From the sequence record NC_054911.1: a stretch of DNA of 64,000 nucleotides. One strand, 5' to 3'. The DNA is from Escherichia phage ECO4. The translations under genes were made by a program, and so were the position numbers. Each line of letters begins with the position of its first letter. The stretch's first letter is position 1. Below the pieces are notes generated by a model. The model did not search any database, was not told where the DNA came from, and saw only the letters and a program-made list of their open reading frames with translations. Shown here one piece after another: positions 57,612 to 64,000 of the stretch.

Positions 57612-59594
57612 ATGGCAAATACCCCTGTAAATTATCAATTAACAAGAACAGCAAATGCTATTCCCGAGATATTCGTCGGGGGTACGTTTGCTGAAATAAA
57701 ACAAAACCTCATTGAATGGCTTAATGGCCAAAATGAATTTTTGGATTATGATTTTGAAGGCTCAAGATTAAACGTTCTGTGTGACCTTTTAGCTTATAAT
57801 ACATTGTACATTCAACAGTTTGGTAATGCTGCTGTGTATGAAAGCTTTATGCGTACTGCTAACTTACGAAGTTCAGTTGTTCAAGCTGCACAAGATAACG
57901 GATATTTACCTACTTCAAAATCCGCTGCGCAGACCGAAATTATGTTAACATGCACCGACGCATTGAATAGGAATTACATTACTATTCCTCGCGGAACTCG
58001 CTTTTTAGCATATGCAAAAGATACTTCTGTTAATCCATATAACTTCGTTTCTACCGAAGACGTTATTGCTATTCGTGATAAAAATAACCAATATTTTCCG
58101 CGTTTAAAATTGGCCCAGGGACGTATAGTAAGAACTGAAATCATTTATGATAAATTAACACCTATTATCATTTATGATAAAAATATTGATAGAAACCAGG
58201 TTAAATTATACGTTGATGGAGCAGAATGGATTAACTGGACAAGAAAGTCAATGGTTCATGCTGGTTCTACATCAACAATTTACTACATGCGTGAAACTAT
58301 TGATGGAAATACTGAATTCTATTTTGGTGAAGGTGAAATTTCTGTTAATGCTTCTGAAGGAGCTTTGACCGCTAATTATATCGGAGGTCTTAAACCTACT
58401 CAGAACTCTACGATTGTTATTGAGTACATCAGTACTAATGGTGCTGACGCGAACGGAGCAGTCGGATTTTCATACGCAGATACATTAACAAATATAACTG
58501 TCATCAATATTAATGAAAATCCAAACGATGACCCAGATTTTGTTGGGGCAGATGGCGGCGGTGATCCAGAAGATATTGAGCGTATTCGCGAATTGGGTAC
58601 TATTAAACGCGAAACCCAGCAACGCTGCGTAACTGCAACCGACTATGATACATTCGTCTCAGAAAGATTCGGTTCTATTATTCAAGCGGTTCAGACTTTC
58701 ACTGATTCTACTAAACCTGGTTATGCATTTATTGCTGCTAAACCTAAATCAGGACTATATTTAACTACTGTACAACGTGAAGATATTAAAAATTATCTCA
58801 AAGATTATAATTTAGCTCCTATTACACCATCAATTATTTCTCCTAATTATCTTTTTGTTAAGACTAATTTAAAAGTCACATATGCTTTAAATAAGCTGCA
58901 AGAATCAGAACAGTGGCTAGAAGGTCAAATAATTGATAAAATTGATCGTTATTATACCGAAGACGTAGAAATTTTTAATTCATCTTTCGCTAAATCTAAG
59001 ATGTTGACATATGTAGATGATGCAGATCATTCTATTATTGGCTCATCGGCGACAATTCAGATGGTACGTGAAGTACAAAACTTCTATAAAACGCCTGAAG
59101 CGGGTATTAAATACAATAATCAAATAAAAGATCGTTCTATGGAATCTAATACGTTTTCATTTAATTCTGGACGAAAGGTTGTAAATCCTGATACTGGTTT
59201 AGAAGAAGATGTATTATATGACGTTCGTATAGTATCAACAGACCGAGATTCTAAAGGAATTGGTAAAGTTATTATTGGTCCATTTGCTTCTGGCGATGTT
59301 ACAGAAAATGAAAACATTCAGCCGTATACAGGCAACGATTTTAATAAATTAGCAAATTCTGATGGACGCGACAAATACTATGCTATCGGTGAAATAAATT
59401 ATCCAGCTGACATGATTTATTGGAATATCGCTAAAATTAATTTAACATCCGATAAATTTGAGGTTCAGACTATTGAGCTATATTCTGATCCAATAGACGA
59501 TGTTATCTTTACTCGCGATGGTTCACTGATTGTATTTGAAAATGATTTACGTCCACAATACTTAACTATCGATTTGGAGCCTATATCACAATGA
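57612..59594 (+). CDS. 6: baseplate wedge protein
   Basis: 660 aa; length and order as T4 gp6. Confidence 0.93.
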   Translation: MANTPVNYQLTRTANAIPEIFVGGTFAEIKQNLIEWLNGQNEFLDYDFEGSRLNVLCDLLAYNTLYIQQFGNAAVYESFMRTANLRSSVVQAAQDNGYLPTSKSAAQTEIMLTCTDALNRNYITIPRGTRFLAYAKDTSVNPYNFVSTEDVIAIRDKNNQYFPRLKLAQGRIVRTEIIYDKLTPIIIYDKNIDRNQVKLYVDGAEWINWTRKSMVHAGSTSTIYYMRETIDGNTEFYFGEGEISVNASEGALTANYIGGLKPTQNSTIVIEYISTNGADANGAVGFSYADTLTNITVININENPNDDPDFVGADGGGDPEDIERIRELGTIKRETQQRCVTATDYDTFVSERFGSIIQAVQTFTDSTKPGYAFIAAKPKSGLYLTTVQREDIKNYLKDYNLAPITPSIISPNYLFVKTNLKVTYALNKLQESEQWLEGQIIDKIDRYYTEDVEIFNSSFAKSKMLTYVDDADHSIIGSSATIQMVREVQNFYKTPEAGIKYNNQIKDRSMESNTFSFNSGRKVVNPDTGLEEDVLYDVRIVSTDRDSKGIGKVIIGPFASGDVTENENIQPYTGNDFNKLANSDGRDKYYAIGEINYPADMIYWNIAKINLTSDKFEVQTIELYSDPIDDVIFTRDGSLIVFENDLRPQYLTIDLEPISQ

Positions 59595-62500
59595 CAGTAA
59601 AAGCACCTTCAGTCACTAGTCTCAGAATTTCCAAGTTATCCGCAAATCAGGTGCAAGTACGCTGGGATGACGTTGGTGCTAATTTCTACTATTTTGTAGA
59701 AATCGCTGAGACAAAAACAAACTCGGGAGAAAATCTCCCGAGTAATCAATATCGTTGGATTAATTTAGGATATACAGCAAATAATAGTTTCTTTTTTGAT
59801 GATGCTGATCCACTGACATCATATGTTATTAGAGTAGCTACAGCTGCGCAAGATTTTGAGCAGTCTGATTGGATTTATACCGAAGAGTTTGAAACTTTTG
59901 CTACGAATGCTTACACATTTCAAAATATGATTGAAATGCAATTAGCTAATAAATTCATTCAGGAAAAGTTCACTCTTAATAATTCTAATTATGTCAATTT
60001 CAATAATGACACAATAATGGCTGCGTTGATGAATGAATCATTTCAGTTCAGCCCATCGTATGCTGATGTTTCATCAATAAGTAATTTTATTATTGGTGAA
60101 AATGAGTATCATGAAATACAAGGTTCTATTCAACAAGTATGTAAGGATATTAACCGAGTTTATTTGATGGAATCAGAAGGGATTCTATATCTTTTTGAGC
60201 GTTATCAACCTGTAGTTAAAGTATCTAATGATAAAGGACAAACCTGGAAAGCTGTGAAGCTCTTCAATGACCGTGTAGGATATCCTTTATCTAAGACAGT
60301 ATATTACCAATCTGCGAACACAACATACGTTCTAGGATACGACAAGATTTTCTACGGCCGTAAATCAACTGATGTTAGATGGTCAGCTGATGATGTCAGA
60401 TTTAGTTCACATGATATAACATTTGCTAAACTTGGCGACCAATTACATCTAGGATTTGATGTAGAAATTTTTGCCACTTACGCGACTTTACCAGCGAATG
60501 TATACCGCATTGCAGAAGCTATTACTTGCACCGATGATTACATTTACGTTGTCGCCAGAGACAAAGTTAGATACATAAAAACGAGTAATGCACCTATAGA
60601 TTCTGATCCATTATCTCCAACATATTCGGAAAGACTTTTTGAACCTGATACCATGACTATAACCGGAAATCCTAAAGCAGTATGCTATAAAATGGATTCT
60701 ATCGGTGATAAAGTTTTTGCTCTTATTATTGGTGAAGTTGAAACATTAAATGCTAATCCTAGAACATCAAAAATAATTGATTCCGCTGATAAAGGAATAT
60801 ATGTTTTAAATCATGGCACGAAAACATGGAAAAGAGTTTTTGGCAACACTGAAGAAGAAAGAAGACGTATTCAACCTGGATATGCGAATATGTCAACTGA
60901 TGGTAAATTAGTTTCTCTATCTTCGAGTAATTTTAAATTTTTAAGTGATAATATTGTTAATGACCCTGAAACTGTGGTGAAGTATCAGTTAATCGGTGCT
61001 GTTAAATATGAATTTCCTCGTGAATGGCTAGCTGATAAGCATTATCATATGATGGCATTTATAGCAGATGAAAAATCTGATTGGGAAACTTTTACACCTC
61101 AGCCAATGAAATACTACGCAGAGCCGTTCTTTAACTGGTCTAAAAAATCTAACACACGCTGTTGGATAAACAACTCTGATAGAGCTGTAGTAGTTTATGC
61201 TGATTTAAAATACACTAAAGTTATAGAAAATATTCCGGAAACATCACCAGATAGATTAGTTCATGAATACTGGGATGATGGTGATTGTACGATAGTAATG
61301 CCAAATGTTAAATTCACTGGATTTAAAAAATATGCGTCTGGGATGCTTTTCTATAAATCCTCCGGTGAAATAATTTCTTACTATGATTTTAACTATCGAG
61401 TGAGAGACACGGTTGAAATAATTTGGAAGCCAACTGGAATATTTTTAAAAGCATTTTTACAAAACCAAGAGCATGAGACTCCTTGGTCACCAGAAGAAGA
61501 GCATGGATTAGCTGATCCCGATTTAAGACCATTGATTGGCACAATGATGCCTGATTCTTATTTGCTACAGGATTCGAATTTTGAGGCATTTTGCGAAGCA
61601 TATATTCAGTATCTTTCTGATGGATATGGAACTCAGTATAATAATTTACGAAATTTAATTCGTAACCAATATCCGCGAGAAGAGCACGCGTGGGAATATT
61701 TGTGGTCAGAGATATATAAAAGAAACATTTATTTAAATGCTGATAAACGTGATGCTGTTGCAAGATTTTTTGAATCACGTAGCTATGATTTTTATTCTAC
61801 TAAAGGAATTGAAGCATCATACAAATTTCTTTTTAAAGTTCTTTATAATGAAGAAGTTGAAATTGAAATTGAATCTGGGGCTGGTACTGAATATGATATA
61901 ATCGTTCAATCTGATTCTTTGACTGAAGACTTAGTAGGACAAACGATTTATACAGCTACAGGAAGATGTAATGTTACTTATATAGAAAGAAGCTATTCTA
62001 ATGGTAAATTGCAATGGACCGTAACTATTCATAATCTTTTGGGAAGATTAATTGCCGGTCAAGAAGTTAAAGCAGAAAGACTCCCTAGTTTTGAAGGCGA
62101 AATTATTCGTGGGGTTAAAGGAAAGGATTTGCTTCAAAATAATATAGACTATATTAATAGAAGTCGATCATATTATGTAATGAAAATTAAATCCAACTTA
62201 CCTTCTTCCCGCTGGAAATCTGACGTTATTCGTTTTGTTCATCCAGTAGGATTTGGATTTATAGCAATTACTCTTTTAACTATGTTTATTAATGTTGGTT
62301 TAACTCTTAAACATACAGAGACCATAATTAATAAATACAAAAACTATAAATGGGATTCTGGATTGCCTACTGAATATGCTGATAGAGTAGCTAAATTAAC
62401 TCCGACTGGTGAAATTGAGCATGATTCGGTAACAGGCGAAGCAATTTATGAGCCTGGCCCAATGGCTGGTGTAGAATATCCTCTTCCTGATGACTATAAT

Positions 62501-62689
62501 GCTGAAAATAACAATTCAATATTTCAAGGTCAATTGCCGTCTGAACGACGTAAATTAATGAGTCCTCTATTTGACGCATCTGGAACAACATTTGCGCAAT
62601 TTAGAGATTTAGTTAATAAACGTCTAAAAGATAATATAGGAAATCCAAGAGACCCTGAAAATCCAACACAGGTTAAAATAGATGAATGA
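59591..62689 (+). CDS. 7: baseplate wedge protein
   Basis: 1032 aa; length and order as T4 gp7. Confidence 0.93.
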   Translation: MTVKAPSVTSLRISKLSANQVQVRWDDVGANFYYFVEIAETKTNSGENLPSNQYRWINLGYTANNSFFFDDADPLTSYVIRVATAAQDFEQSDWIYTEEFETFATNAYTFQNMIEMQLANKFIQEKFTLNNSNYVNFNNDTIMAALMNESFQFSPSYADVSSISNFIIGENEYHEIQGSIQQVCKDINRVYLMESEGILYLFERYQPVVKVSNDKGQTWKAVKLFNDRVGYPLSKTVYYQSANTTYVLGYDKIFYGRKSTDVRWSADDVRFSSHDITFAKLGDQLHLGFDVEIFATYATLPANVYRIAEAITCTDDYIYVVARDKVRYIKTSNAPIDSDPLSPTYSERLFEPDTMTITGNPKAVCYKMDSIGDKVFALIIGEVETLNANPRTSKIIDSADKGIYVLNHGTKTWKRVFGNTEEERRRIQPGYANMSTDGKLVSLSSSNFKFLSDNIVNDPETVVKYQLIGAVKYEFPREWLADKHYHMMAFIADEKSDWETFTPQPMKYYAEPFFNWSKKSNTRCWINNSDRAVVVYADLKYTKVIENIPETSPDRLVHEYWDDGDCTIVMPNVKFTGFKKYASGMLFYKSSGEIISYYDFNYRVRDTVEIIWKPTGIFLKAFLQNQEHETPWSPEEEHGLADPDLRPLIGTMMPDSYLLQDSNFEAFCEAYIQYLSDGYGTQYNNLRNLIRNQYPREEHAWEYLWSEIYKRNIYLNADKRDAVARFFESRSYDFYSTKGIEASYKFLFKVLYNEEVEIEIESGAGTEYDIIVQSDSLTEDLVGQTIYTATGRCNVTYIERSYSNGKLQWTVTIHNLLGRLIAGQEVKAERLPSFEGEIIRGVKGKDLLQNNIDYINRSRSYYVMKIKSNLPSSRWKSDVIRFVHPVGFGFIAITLLTMFINVGLTLKHTETIINKYKNYKWDSGLPTEYADRVAKLTPTGEIEHDSVTGEAIYEPGPMAGVEYPLPDDYNAENNNSIFQGQLPSERRKLMSPLFDASGTTFAQFRDLVNKRLKDNIGNPRDPENPTQVKIDE

Positions 62690-63686
62690 TTCAAGTGTTA
62701 TCTATCGTGCGATAGTTACTTCAAAATTTAGAACAGAAAAAATGTTGAATTTTTATAATTCAATTGGAAGTGGTCCGGATAAAAACACTATCTTTATCAC
62801 ATTTGGAAGATCAGAACCGTGGTCATCAAATGAAAATGAGGTGGGCTTTGCTCCACCTTATCCAACTGATTCTGTATTAGGCGTAACTGACATGTGGACG
62901 CATATGATGGGAACCGTAAAGGTTCTTCCATCTATGCTTGATGCAGTTATTCCTCGTAGAGATTGGGGAGATACTAGATATCCGGATCCATATACATTTA
63001 GAATTAACGATATTGTAGTATGTAACTCAGCTCCTTACAATGCTACCGAATCAGGCGCAGGCTGGTTAGTATATCGCTGTTTAGATGTTCCTGACACAGG
63101 AATGTGTTCAATTGAGTCTTTAACTAATAAGGATGAATGCCTTAAGTTAGGTGGAAAATGGACTCCTTCTGCTAGGTCAATGACTCCTCCTGAAGGTCGA
63201 GGAGACGCGGAAGGAACAATCGAACCTGGAGACGGGTATGTATGGGAATATCTTTTTGAGATTCCGCCTGATGTATCTATAAATAGATGTACGAATGAAT
63301 ATATCGTGGTTCCTTGGCCCGAGGAATTAAAAGAAGACCCGACTAGATGGGGGTATGAAGATAACCTCACTTGGCAGCAAGATGATTTTGGGTTAATTTA
63401 TCGTGTTAAAGCTAATACAATTCGTTTTAAAGCATATTTAGATTCAGTTTATTTTCCTGAAGCTGCATTGCCGGGAAATAAAGGATTTAGACAAATATCG
63501 ATAATTACAAATCCTCTTGAAGCTAAAGTTCATCCAAATGATCCAAACGTTAAAGCTGAAAAGGATTATTATGATCCTGAAGATTTAATGAGGCATTCGG
63601 GTGAAATGATTTATATGGAAAATAGGCCACCTATTATTATGGCAATGGATCAGACAGAAGAAATCAATATTCTGTTTACATTTTAA
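62682..63686 (+). CDS. 8: baseplate wedge protein
   Basis: 334 aa; length and order as T4 gp8. Confidence 0.93.
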   Translation: MNDSSVIYRAIVTSKFRTEKMLNFYNSIGSGPDKNTIFITFGRSEPWSSNENEVGFAPPYPTDSVLGVTDMWTHMMGTVKVLPSMLDAVIPRRDWGDTRYPDPYTFRINDIVVCNSAPYNATESGAGWLVYRCLDVPDTGMCSIESLTNKDECLKLGGKWTPSARSMTPPEGRGDAEGTIEPGDGYVWEYLFEIPPDVSINRCTNEYIVVPWPEELKEDPTRWGYEDNLTWQQDDFGLIYRVKANTIRFKAYLDSVYFPEAALPGNKGFRQISIITNPLEAKVHPNDPNVKAEKDYYDPEDLMRHSGEMIYMENRPPIIMAMDQTEEINILFTF

Positions 63687-63691
63687 ATTAA

Positions 63692-63716
63692 GGGAGCCCA
63701 TGGGCTCCCTTTTTCT
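63692..63716 (+). terminator. intrinsic terminator after gene 8
   Basis: GGGAGCCCAUGGGCUCCC palindrome followed by UUUUUCUUU. Confidence 0.7.
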
Positions 63717-63717
63717 T

Positions 63718-63725
63718 TATAAATA
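63718..63725 (+). promoter_or_regulatory. late promoter TATAAATA for gene 9
   Basis: TATAAATA 25 nt upstream of gene 9 ATG, just after gene 8 terminator. Confidence 0.7.
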
Positions 63726-63749
63726 CTATAAACTCATAAGGAAACCGCT

Positions 63750-64000
63750 ATGTTCATTCAAGAACCAAAGAAATTGATTGATACCGGCGAAATTGGTAAC
63801 GCTTCTACTGGTGATATCTTATTCGACGGTGGTAATAAAATTAATAGTGATTTTAACGCAATTTATAATGCGTTTGGCGATCAACGTAAAATGGCAGTAG
63901 CAAATGGCACTGGAGCTGATGGTCAAATTATCCATGCTACTGGATATTATCAAAAACACTCTATCGCGGAGTACGCAACTCCAGTAAAAGTTGGCACTAG
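63750..64000 (+). CDS. 9: baseplate wedge tail-fibre connector (5' part, continues beyond window)
   Basis: ATG 63750 with RBS AAGGAAA; MFIQEPKKLIDTGEIGNASTGDILFDGG; late promoter upstream. Confidence 0.85.
   Translation, partial: MFIQEPKKLIDTGEIGNASTGDILFDGGNKINSDFNAIYNAFGDQRKMAVANGTGADGQIIHATGYYQKHSIAEYATPVKVGT

Overview
This window reads as a contiguous segment of a T4-like (T-even, Tequatrovirus-type) phage genome, running from the 3' part of uvsX to the start of baseplate gene 9. Positions 1-54431 are transcribed leftward (minus strand) and carry the early/middle replication, recombination and nucleotide-metabolism genes (uvsX, 42, imm, 43, regA, 62, 44, 45, rpbA, 46, 47, a-gt, 55, nrdH/G/D, 49, pin, nrdC, rI, tk, regB, denV, e, nudE), a 10-gene tRNA array, ipI, 57B/57A and genes 1, 3, 2, 4. 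Positions 54479-64000 carry the rightward late baseplate genes 53, 5, 5.1, 5.4, 6, 7, 8 and the start of 9. All identifications rest on reading the supplied ORF translations and DNA against recalled T4 proteins and motifs; no database search was run. The regulatory layer is readable by eye: 13 early promoters with a fixed GTTTAC-18 nt-TAnTAT architecture, two MotA-box middle promoters, TATAAATA late promoters, the gp43 translational operator hairpin, UUCG-tetraloop hairpins and GNRA-loop terminators. Differences from T4 as I recall it are: a GIY-YIG endonuclease gene wedged between nrdG and an intron-less nrdD; a second GIY-YIG-like ORF between 47 and a-gt; a different glycosyltransferase at the beta-gt locus; two extra tRNAs (Tyr, Asn); internal-protein-like genes with capsid-targeting N-termini at non-T4 positions, one with a frame break at an A9 tract; and a largely uncharacterised accessory block (24.7-33.8 kb) containing an ATPase plus nucleotidyltransferase-fold pair and four tandem coiled-coil proteins. 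No single complete novel system is demonstrated; the ATPase/nucleotidyltransferase pair and the macro-domain gene are the best candidates for follow-up. Many ORF-track starts are TTG/GTG artefacts and were trimmed to the ATG with a ribosome-binding site where identifiable.
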